64,000 nt of DNA from a virus (lineage: Duplodnaviria; Caudoviricetes), in the IMG/VR virus record IMGVR_UViG_3300042558_004043. One strand, written 5' to 3'. Every line of letters starts with the position of its first letter. The first letter of the stretch is position 1. Under the pieces are notes generated by a model. It had not been told where the DNA came from and did no database searches. It worked only from the letters and a program-made list of their open reading frames with translations. The position numbers were made by a program, and so were the translations under genes. Positions 1 through 7,756 of the stretch are shown here, piece after piece.

Positions 1-2
1 AT

Positions 3-1664
3 GAAGAATTTAATCAGGGGACATTCCTTTTGGCGTCTATGGTTCCGACAACATATGAAAGAGTTTCTACTTTAGGTACCGCAACAATTTGGAAAATGTT
101 GATGTTGGCTTGGTCTTATAAACACAAATTAGCAATACCAAAAAAAGAAAATAAGACAGACTTTGTTGGGGGGTTATCAAGATTATTAAAAGTGGGTTAT
201 TCCACGGACGTTTTAAAACTAGATTACTCCTCTCTTTACCCTTCAATTCAACTTTTACACGATGTATTTCCAACTTGTGACATTACAGGAGCAATGAAAG
301 GAATGTTAACTTATTTTAGAGATACTCGTATAAAATACAAAAATTTGGCTAAGGAATATTCTAGTATTGATAAAAAAATGTCATTATCATTTGATAGGAA
401 ACAATTACCGATTAAAATTTTTATTAATTCATTATTCGGAGCGTTATCCGCACCTCAGGTATTTCACTGGGGAGATATGTATATGGGGGAGCAAATTACA
501 TCTACCGGTCGTCAATATCTTCGTCAAATGCTTTATTTTTTTATGAAAAAAGGTTATACCCCTTTGGTTTGTGATACAGACGGTATGAACTTTTCGTTAC
601 CTGAAGGAGGTGTTGATGATAGAAAATATATAGGTAAAGGAAACAACTGGTTAGTAAAAGAAGGAAAAGAGTATACAGGTTATGATGCCGATGTTGCCGA
701 ATTTAACGATATATTTATGAAAGGTGCGATGGGTCTTGATTGTGACGGTACTTGGAAATCCTGTATGAATATCGCTCGTAAGAATTATGCTACAATGGAA
801 CATAATGGTAAAATTAAACTAACAGGTAATTCAATTAAGAGTAAGAAACTCCCGATTTATATTGAGGACTTTTTGGATAAAGGTATAAAACTTTTGCTTG
901 AGGGTAAGGGACAAGAGTTTGTTGAGTGGTATTATGAATACCTACAAAAAATATATGAGAGACAAATCCCCCTAATGAAAATTGCGCAAAGAGCTAAAAT
1001 TAAACTATCTATTGAGGATTACATCAAACGGTCTAAAGAAAAAACAAAGGCGGGTAATGAAAACTCAAGAATGGCTCATTTAGAACTTGTAATTAGAGAT
1101 AAAATTGCCGTAAATTTAGGAGATGTGATTTTTTATGTTAATAATGGAATAAAGGCTTCGCATGGAGATGTACAAAAAGTTAATAAACCAAAAAACGGGT
1201 GGAAGCAGGAACATATTGATACGTTTTTTAAAACTTACAACAAAGTTTTAGACAACACAATGAATTCATTCATACAATTAAATTGTTATAGATTAGAACC
1301 GTCTGAAGTTGAGTCTAATCCCGATTTATTAGGTGAATATAATATCGCGAGAGCTATCGCAACTTTCAACAAAAGAATTGAGCCTTTGTTGATTGTGTTT
1401 GGAGAGGAGGTTAGAAACAATTTATTAGTTGATAATCCTGAAGATAGAGGACTTTTCACAAAAGAACAATGTAAGTTAATTAATGGTATTCCATTTGAGG
1501 ATGGCGACCAAGACAGTATTGAAGATTTGTTAACGATTACGGAACAAGAAATGAAGTATTGGGGTAAAAGAGGGATTAACCCTTTTTATATTTATGAGTT
1601 AGCTGAAGAAGGGTGGGAAAAATATGTAGATTTACAAATAAAAAGTGAAACTTTAACTAATTAA
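3..1664 (+). CDS. polB: Family B DNA polymerase, C-terminal polymerase domain (5'-truncated by window edge)
   Basis: Motifs DYSSLYPS (A), KIFINSLFG (B), CDTDG (C). Frame is open from position 3, so the gene starts upstream of the window. Confidence 0.95.
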   Translation, partial: EEFNQGTFLLASMVPTTYERVSTLGTATIWKMLMLAWSYKHKLAIPKKENKTDFVGGLSRLLKVGYSTDVLKLDYSSLYPSIQLLHDVFPTCDITGAMKGMLTYFRDTRIKYKNLAKEYSSIDKKMSLSFDRKQLPIKIFINSLFGALSAPQVFHWGDMYMGEQITSTGRQYLRQMLYFFMKKGYTPLVCDTDGMNFSLPEGGVDDRKYIGKGNNWLVKEGKEYTGYDADVAEFNDIFMKGAMGLDCDGTWKSCMNIARKNYATMEHNGKIKLTGNSIKSKKLPIYIEDFLDKGIKLLLEGKGQEFVEWYYEYLQKIYERQIPLMKIAQRAKIKLSIEDYIKRSKEKTKAGNENSRMAHLELVIRDKIAVNLGDVIFYVNNGIKASHGDVQKVNKPKNGWKQEHIDTFFKTYNKVLDNTMNSFIQLNCYRLEPSEVESNPDLLGEYNIARAIATFNKRIEPLLIVFGEEVRNNLLVDNPEDRGLFTKEQCKLINGIPFEDGDQDSIEDLLTITEQEMKYWGKRGINPFYIYELAEEGWEKYVDLQIKSETLTN

Positions 1665-1978
1665 TTAAGTTTTAACCCGTCCGATGAAAGGATATACCAT
1701 ATATTATTTAACTTTAATAAATGAACACATGACCCTTTTTCTAATAAAATCTCATCATATTCTTCATCTATTTTATTTTCGGTACACGAAATAACTACTT
1801 GAGATAACGCCTTAATAGTTATTTCATTAGTTTTTTTATTATCTAAAACAATTTTATCTACCGTATTTTTAACCAATATAAAATCTTCATCATTTGTCCA
1901 ATAAACAGGTTCTTCTACAATTTTTTTAATTGTATAAACTTTTTGGCCCACTTGCTTTCGTAAAAATTTATTATCCAT
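1661..1978 (-). CDS. Hypothetical protein (~105 aa)
   Basis: ATG at 1978 (MDNKFLRK) directly follows the stop of the upstream minus-strand gene (1980). The track start at 2044 overlaps that gene. Confidence 0.6.
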   Translation of the reverse strand: MDNKFLRKQVGQKVYTIKKIVEEPVYWTNDEDFILVKNTVDKIVLDNKKTNEITIKALSQVVISCTENKIDEEYDEILLEKGSCVHLLKLNNIWYILSSDGLKLN

Positions 1979-1979
1979 A

Positions 1980-3101
1980 TTAAATAACGTATATTTGTCT
2001 TGGCATTGCTGTAAATTTCTTCTGTTTGTTAAGATTTTCGGCAATTAATGCTTCTCTTTCCATTACTTTCTCAGGCTTCAATCTTGTCAAACGACCTTCA
2101 GCACCAATTAATTCTTCAATTAATTTTGATTTTTCATCTTTGGCTTCAGTGGCCAATGAAGCATAATCCATTGTTAATTCTGAATCGGGTGTTTTGATAT
2201 TACCACTAAATTTACCTCTTACTCTAGATAAAGTTTCTTTAGCGTAAGCAAAAAACCATCTACGAACCCATACCTGAGATGGGTTATTTAAGTCCACCCA
2301 ATTAATTTTTTCAAATGGAACATCTGATGGAAGTTTAATAATGTCAGGATTATCTTTTAAACACTTATCTCTATCTTTTCCCTCAACTTCATAATACCAA
2401 TACCAAACTTTTCCTCTCATTAATGTTGCATTACCAAAGTCAAATTTGCCGCCAGGAGTATTCATAAGGTGAATTGCCTTTTTCCCTTCAGGAAGTGCGG
2501 TAACTCTGTATGTTAAATCACCGGCAATGATTCTTCTTTGGATGTTTATCTCTTGCATTCTAAGTAACATGTCGAATGCCGGCATCATAAAATACGAACC
2601 CGAATATCCCATCTGAGAATAACCGGCCGGACCTCCTAATCCAGCACCACCTAACGCGCCAAATGACCATGGGTCGAATAATAGGTTATTCAATTCCGAC
2701 GGAGTAAACCATAATAGTTCATTAAGTTCCCTACCCGCAGGTATTTCATAAATTTGTTGGTTTGGGTGAAGTTGAATGTAGTCTTTTTTAAGTACTGAAT
2801 CTCCTCCGGCTTGCAATCCAACTATTTTAGAATATGCGTAAGTATATCTTTCCTCAAAGTCTAAACTTTTTGTGATAAAGGCTTTAGATAAGGATTGTGT
2901 ATCTAAATTAAGTCCGTACAATGAAGTCCACTGAGATTCAATCAACCAATCTTGTACATATTGGGAATAATCATCGATAGATAATTCTAACAAAGAATCT
3001 AGTTGTTCATCCTCAAGTTCAACACTTCTAAGAGGAGCTCCCAATAAGTGTCTCAATCTTTTATAAAGTTCACCTCTATATGGTTCTTCAATTATGGCCA
3101 T
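1980..3101 (-). CDS. Neck/head-completion protein, T4 gp13-like
   Basis: N-terminus LRHLLGAPLRSVELEDEQLDSLLELSIDDY resembles the gp13-family pattern; close to other neck and tail genes. Confidence 0.7.
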   Translation of the reverse strand: MAIIEEPYRGELYKRLRHLLGAPLRSVELEDEQLDSLLELSIDDYSQYVQDWLIESQWTSLYGLNLDTQSLSKAFITKSLDFEERYTYAYSKIVGLQAGGDSVLKKDYIQLHPNQQIYEIPAGRELNELLWFTPSELNNLLFDPWSFGALGGAGLGGPAGYSQMGYSGSYFMMPAFDMLLRMQEINIQRRIIAGDLTYRVTALPEGKKAIHLMNTPGGKFDFGNATLMRGKVWYWYYEVEGKDRDKCLKDNPDIIKLPSDVPFEKINWVDLNNPSQVWVRRWFFAYAKETLSRVRGKFSGNIKTPDSELTMDYASLATEAKDEKSKLIEELIGAEGRLTRLKPEKVMEREALIAENLNKQKKFTAMPRQIYVI

Positions 3102-3115
3102 CGATTTGTTTATTA

Positions 3116-3124
3116 TATAAATAT
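3116..3124 (-). promoter_or_regulatory. TATTTAT upstream motif (putative late promoter)
   Basis: ATATTTATA on the minus strand, about 15 nt before the ATG at 3101. Confidence 0.5.
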
Positions 3125-3128
3125 TTCT

Positions 3129-3917
3129 TTAAATAGATTTATTTTGGTTAAGGAATACCTGACCTTTAAAACTCTCCAAAATTTGATTCTTTGTTGTTTT
3201 TACAGATTCGTTGGTTTCTTTTTTGGTTCTTAACTTGTAAAGTTCATTTACAAATTCCCAGTTCACAACATCCCAAAAGTTTTTAATATATTCATCTCTT
3301 TTGTTTTGGTATTTCAAATAGTAGGCGTGTTCCCAAACATCTAAACCCAATAAAGGATAACCACCTTTAATATCATTCATAAGTGGGTTGTCCTGATTTG
3401 CGGTTGACATAATTTTAAGTTTGTTGTTCTTTGTTAACACCAACCAAACCCATCCTGAACCAAATCTATCTTTTGCGGTTTCCTCGAATTCTTTTTTGAA
3501 TTCGTTTATACTACCGAAATCCTTTTTAATTTTTTCAATAACTTCTCCCTCAACTTTTTGTTTTTTAGGAGACAACATTTTCCAAAACATTGCGTGGTTA
3601 AAGGCACCACCAGCATTGTTTCTAACGGTTGTGTTATACTTACTGATTGATTTTACAATTTCTTCGAGTTCAACATCACCATAATCTTTTTTTGACAAAG
3701 CGTCGTTTAATTTCTTAACGTATGTTTTGTAGTGTTTATTATAGTGAACATCCATAGTTTTAGAATCAATAAAATTTTTTAAAGACGAATACGAATATGG
3801 TAATTTTTCAATACCAATTCGTTTCATTTCGGTTATCAAAAAATCTTGATAACCTTTTTTGTCTTGTGAAATAATTTCCTCTTTAATTAACTCCGCCTTT
3901 GACTCTAACTTTTTCAT
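3129..3917 (-). CDS. sodA: Fe/Mn superoxide dismutase, Mn-type signature, with N- and C-terminal extensions
   Basis: LPYSY..., HYNKHY, NNAGGAFNHAMFW, FGSGWVWL, NQDNP, DVWEHAYY: all metal ligands present. GG and QDNP indicate the Mn type. Confidence 0.95.
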   Translation of the reverse strand: MKKLESKAELIKEEIISQDKKGYQDFLITEMKRIGIEKLPYSYSSLKNFIDSKTMDVHYNKHYKTYVKKLNDALSKKDYGDVELEEIVKSISKYNTTVRNNAGGAFNHAMFWKMLSPKKQKVEGEVIEKIKKDFGSINEFKKEFEETAKDRFGSGWVWLVLTKNNKLKIMSTANQDNPLMNDIKGGYPLLGLDVWEHAYYLKYQNKRDEYIKNFWDVVNWEFVNELYKLRTKKETNESVKTTKNQILESFKGQVFLNQNKSI

Positions 3918-3933
3918 TAAGATATTTTATACA

Positions 3934-3942
3934 TATAAATAT
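3934..3942 (-). promoter_or_regulatory. TATTTAT upstream motif (putative late promoter)
   Basis: ATATTTATA on the minus strand, about 17 nt before the SOD ATG. Confidence 0.5.
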
Positions 3943-3954
3943 CTTGTTTTGTAG

Positions 3955-5694
3955 TTATAAACGGGTGTTGATTCTATTCATCAATTCTTCTATGAAATCC
4001 GCCTTATCCAAGTTATCTCCCATTACAGTATCGATTATATTTTTCTTTTTGGATAGCATATCATAAATAACACCTTCTATTGTGTTGTCAAAAATTGGAT
4101 AATAGACTGACACTGAATTTTTTTGACCGTATCTATATGCTCTATCCTCAGCTTGTTGGTGATGAGCGGGAACAAAAGATAGGTCGTTGAATATAACCGC
4201 CTCGGCTGCGGTTAAGGTTAAACCAACTCCGGCCGCCAACAAATTGCCCACGAATACTTTAATCTTATCGTTCTCTTGAAATTGGTCAACTGCATGTTGT
4301 CTCATTGGTTTACTTGTTGACCCATCTAAACGAACCGCCTGTTTACCAAAATGGTCGGCGATTTTATTTAAAGTATCGGTGAAATTAGTAAAAACAATAA
4401 CTTTTTTATCTTGGTCAATAATATTTTGAATTAATTCAATGGTATCCGAGACTTTTTCATCCGCAATTGTTTGTCTTACTTTCATTAACTTGTTAAATTG
4501 AACGGTCAATGATGACGATTCATCTTTTCTATTTTCATACCAATTGTAATAATCCCCCATCAATTCCTCATAAACTTTTGACTTTAATCTGAGATATACA
4601 GGTGAAATAATTTTATCAGGTAAATCTAAAACTTCAGTTTTTAATCTCCTTAGAACCTGTCGAGAAGTCCTATCTCTTAACTCTTCTAAATTTGAAGCCC
4701 CTGTAACATTCCAAACTTTTCTATTTCCAGCCTTAAATTGGTATCCTTGACAATATCTTATGGCGTAGGCCATCCAATTTTGTGCAACGGGACTTTCAAT
4801 TAAACTTAATAGGTTGAAATAATTCATTGGACGAGATGTCATTGGGGTTCCCGTTAACAACCACAGTCTTTTTACATTTTTGGCAAAACTATTAATCAAT
4901 TTGGTTCTTTGAGCTTGAACATTTTGAACATAGTGAGCCTCATCTATTATAATTAAATCAAAATTTCCTTGAGTTATTGGTGAATTTTGTTTGTCCTTCA
5001 AATCATAAAAATTCTTTATAATATCATAGTTAACAATCACAAAATCATGTTCCAAAGAGAAGTTTTTTCCCTCTGCAATATAAACACTCCTATCGGTGTA
5101 GTTTTGAATCTCTCTCATCCAGTTTATTTTGAGTGAAGCCGGACAAATAATTAAAACTTTCTGAATACCCGTTTCTAAAGCCGCTATAATTGTTGCCGTT
5201 GTCTTACCCAATCCCATGTCGTCAGCCAAGATAAACCTAGTACTACCGACCAATTTTTCAATAGCAATTTTCTGATGTTCTAAAGCTGGTCTATGTTTGT
5301 ACTTTTCATAGTCAACTTTAACATCTTTAATAACATGTGTCTTAATTATGGCTCCTTTGGGTAACCAAAAATCGTGAATAGTCTCACCTGAAAAAACTTT
5401 ACCCCAAACGTGGTATGATTTTTCTTTTTCCACTAATAGTTTTTCAATCCACAATTCGGTAGGTATTTCAGAATAAAGTTTTTCGTCGGCAATTTTCTTT
5501 GCAAAATATGGGTCTAAATCAACCCATTTTTTCGCGACTTTTGGAACAACATCGTGATAAGTTGTAATATATTCTGATTGAGCTCTTGTGGGGTAAAACT
5601 TTTTGTTTGACTCTTTTTGAGTTTTTAATCTTAAAATATAATTATTAGCACCCGAATATGACTCTAAAATATTCAGAGCTCTACTTTCAATCAT
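3955..5694 (-). CDS. SNF2-family (SF2) helicase/translocase, SMARCAL1/HARP-like
   Basis: ILADDMGLGKT, IICPASL, DEAH, LLTGTP, LRRLK, GVGLTL, QAEDRAYRYGQ. Likely start ATG 5694 (or TTG 5718); the track start 5775 overlaps the divergent gene. Confidence 0.9.
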   Translation of the reverse strand: MIESRALNILESYSGANNYILRLKTQKESNKKFYPTRAQSEYITTYHDVVPKVAKKWVDLDPYFAKKIADEKLYSEIPTELWIEKLLVEKEKSYHVWGKVFSGETIHDFWLPKGAIIKTHVIKDVKVDYEKYKHRPALEHQKIAIEKLVGSTRFILADDMGLGKTTATIIAALETGIQKVLIICPASLKINWMREIQNYTDRSVYIAEGKNFSLEHDFVIVNYDIIKNFYDLKDKQNSPITQGNFDLIIIDEAHYVQNVQAQRTKLINSFAKNVKRLWLLTGTPMTSRPMNYFNLLSLIESPVAQNWMAYAIRYCQGYQFKAGNRKVWNVTGASNLEELRDRTSRQVLRRLKTEVLDLPDKIISPVYLRLKSKVYEELMGDYYNWYENRKDESSSLTVQFNKLMKVRQTIADEKVSDTIELIQNIIDQDKKVIVFTNFTDTLNKIADHFGKQAVRLDGSTSKPMRQHAVDQFQENDKIKVFVGNLLAAGVGLTLTAAEAVIFNDLSFVPAHHQQAEDRAYRYGQKNSVSVYYPIFDNTIEGVIYDMLSKKKNIIDTVMGDNLDKADFIEELMNRINTRL

Positions 5695-5755
5695 ATTTTC
5701 TACCTGTCCTGTCTCCAAAACAATATTTGATATTATAAAAATAGTAAAATTTAGA

Positions 5756-5762
5756 TATTTAT
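5756..5762 (+). promoter_or_regulatory. TATTTAT upstream motif (putative late promoter)
   Basis: GATATTTATC, 4 nt before the ATG at 5767. Confidence 0.45.
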
Positions 5763-5766
5763 CAAT

Positions 5767-6282
5767 ATGGGACAACCAAGAGTACCGATTTCAAGAATAG
5801 GTAAATTTTTCGGAGCGGAGGATTATGACCTTGATATATCAATGGGTGAGGAATGGTTACATGGTGACATGAATTTCACATTGGTTTTGTATAGTGTTGA
5901 TAGATATAAGACTAAAACCGATGATGTTTATGGAGAAACTCTAACTGACGGTATAAAGTTTAATCCACCAGTTGAATTTAAGGCATTTGTTCAAATAATG
6001 GCTCCTGAGAATAAAAATTTGGGAACTTCTAAAATAGAACAAACGGAACCTGGTAATATTAAAATTTCAGTATATCAAAAACATTTGGAGGAACTTGGGA
6101 TTGATATAAACTTTGGTGATTACATTGGATATTATGAAACTGAATCACGAGTTAGATACTATACGGTTAATAATGATGGTCGTGTTGTTTCAGATAACAA
6201 ACACACATACGCTGGATATTTACCTTTTTATAGAACAATAACCGCATCACCTGTGACGGATAACGAATTTAGAGGATTATGA
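5767..6282 (+). CDS. Neck/head-closure protein, gp14-like
   Basis: 171 aa, first gene of the neck-terminator-sheath block; GDYIGYY..RYYTV beta-barrel-like pattern. Assignment mainly positional. Confidence 0.5.
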   Translation: MGQPRVPISRIGKFFGAEDYDLDISMGEEWLHGDMNFTLVLYSVDRYKTKTDDVYGETLTDGIKFNPPVEFKAFVQIMAPENKNLGTSKIEQTEPGNIKISVYQKHLEELGIDINFGDYIGYYETESRVRYYTVNNDGRVVSDNKHTYAGYLPFYRTITASPVTDNEFRGL

Positions 6283-6437
6283 AAATTAAAATAACAGAAG
6301 AACAATTAATTAAGTTAACCGAAATGGTTGATTTAGAAAAAGTAGTTTGTGATGTGTGTGGGTGGTCGTGGAAATTATCAGAAGGAGGAAACGACCCTTA
6401 TATCTGTCATACATGTGGACATAATAATGAAGAATAA
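6279..6437 (+). CDS. 52-aa zinc-ribbon micro-protein (not in ORF track)
   Basis: MKIKITEEQLIKLTEMVDLEKVVCDVCGWSWKLSEGGNDPYICHTCGHNNEE. CxxC-15-CxxC; ATGA overlap upstream and TAATG overlap downstream fill the gap exactly. Confidence 0.8.
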   Translation: MKIKITEEQLIKLTEMVDLEKVVCDVCGWSWKLSEGGNDPYICHTCGHNNEE

Positions 6438-7474
6438 TGCCATTACCTAAAAAAATTAAAAAACATATTCCTTTAACTCAACCTAAGACTTTATTAAGTA
6501 GGAGATATGAACTTGCTGAAAAAATTCAACAAGACGGGACATTTTTACCGAAGTCATTATTACATGCGGATTTGGATAAAGGATTTTTAGATTTTGTTAA
6601 AGATGAGTTAAAAACAATTGTTGATGGTAAAGTGGTCCCAATGGTTGACATTCTTATAACCACTCAAAATTGGGCTCAATTTACAGAAACTTGGAATTTC
6701 CAAAATTTAGATAAAAACGCGGAGCCTCCATTCATTACAGTAGTCAGGGTACCTGAAGTTAAATTTGGAACGAATCCTGCGGTAATGTACAATATACCAA
6801 ATAGAAAACAATATTTTTATGCTCAAGTCCCTACATGGGATGGAAATAGACAAGGTTTTGATGTGTATAAAATACCTCAACCTGTTCCTGTAGATATAAC
6901 TTATTCTGTAAAAATTATTTGTAATAGAATGAGAGAACTCAATACGTTTAACAAAAACGTAATTGAGAAATTTGCATCAAGACAGGCTTATCAGGTTATT
7001 AAAGGTCATTACATACCGATTGTTATGGGTGAAATTTCTGATGAATCAGTTATGGAACTCGAGAAAAGAAAGTTTTATATACAAAGTTACTCATTTACAA
7101 TGTTAGGTTTTTTAATTGATGAGAATGAATTTGAGGTGTCACCCGCAATTTCAAGAGTTTTACAATTAACTGAAACTGAAAGAAAAGATGTTAGAAGGCA
7201 AAAGAAAAGAAATTCAAATCCATCAAGTACAACTATGAATATTGATTTTCCTGTGGATGTTGACAGTTATACCAAAAAATTTGATTACTCGGTTAACGTT
7301 AATATTAGTAATCCCGTTAATATATCATCATATTCTGTATACATTAATGATAACTATTTTGGAGATGACATTCTACAGATTCAAATTAATAGTGGGGATA
7401 CTTTAAAAGTTACGGTTGTTAAACCTGATTACTATGGTCAAACATCTATGGTGTTTAACAATCTTTTAGTTTAG
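6437..7474 (+). CDS. Tail terminator / sheath stabiliser, gp15-like
   Basis: PVPVDITYSVKIIC...IEKF pattern and position just before the sheath gene. Confidence 0.55.
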   Translation: MPLPKKIKKHIPLTQPKTLLSRRYELAEKIQQDGTFLPKSLLHADLDKGFLDFVKDELKTIVDGKVVPMVDILITTQNWAQFTETWNFQNLDKNAEPPFITVVRVPEVKFGTNPAVMYNIPNRKQYFYAQVPTWDGNRQGFDVYKIPQPVPVDITYSVKIICNRMRELNTFNKNVIEKFASRQAYQVIKGHYIPIVMGEISDESVMELEKRKFYIQSYSFTMLGFLIDENEFEVSPAISRVLQLTETERKDVRRQKKRNSNPSSTTMNIDFPVDVDSYTKKFDYSVNVNISNPVNISSYSVYINDNYFGDDILQIQINSGDTLKVTVVKPDYYGQTSMVFNNLLV

Positions 7475-7635
7475 TCTTCACCGTAAATATCCTTTTTTTC
7501 TTTACAGGTTTCAATTATAAGTTTTTCTAAAAACCTATAAATTTTAACTCCTTTCTTGTCACAATAATCTTTTAATAGTTTGTGAGCATCTTTTGAAATC
7601 TTTAAATTCTTTATTTCTCGACCGTTCTGCAACAT
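7471..7635 (-). CDS. 54-aa ribbon-helix-helix-like DNA-binding protein (not in ORF track)
   Basis: MLQNGREIKNLKISKDAHKLLKDYCDKKGVKIYRFLEKLIIETCKEKKDIYGED: strand with alternating hydrophobics (IKNLKIS) followed by two helices with a G turn. Confidence 0.7.
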   Translation of the reverse strand: MLQNGREIKNLKISKDAHKLLKDYCDKKGVKIYRFLEKLIIETCKEKKDIYGED

Positions 7636-7640
7636 AAGAT

Positions 7641-7665
7641 AAAAAAGGCAGAAAATAGTCTGCCC
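7641..7665. promoter_or_regulatory. Inverted repeat GGCAGA-N6-TCTGCC (operator, or minus-strand hairpin plus U6)
   Basis: Perfect 6-bp dyad at 7647-7664 with A6 at 7641-7646, between the RHH start and the sheath promoter region. Confidence 0.45.
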
Positions 7666-7670
7666 AATTT

Positions 7671-7677
7671 ATAAATA
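7671..7677 (-). promoter_or_regulatory. TATTTAT upstream motif (RHH gene)
   Basis: ATAAATA on the plus strand, 36 nt upstream of the RHH ATG. Confidence 0.4.
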
Positions 7678-7714
7678 CTTGATACAAAGTCAAGAATTTT
7701 GGTTTTTTCTCAAA

Positions 7715-7721
7715 TATTTAT
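7715..7721 (+). promoter_or_regulatory. TATTTAT upstream motif (sheath gene)
   Basis: AATATTTATC, 35 nt before the ATG at 7757. Confidence 0.5.
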
Positions 7722-7756
7722 CTATAAAAATAAATTAACTAACAAAAAAATTAATA

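Noticed and set aside
1661-1664. Convergent stop-codon overlaps (TTAA at 1661-1664; also 7471-7474)
   Set aside because: A common result of genome compaction in AT-rich phages; no further structure evident.
5695-5775. Track start of the SNF2 gene at 5775
   Set aside because: Overlaps the divergent gene starting at 5767 and its upstream motif; ATG 5694 or TTG 5718 is more plausible.
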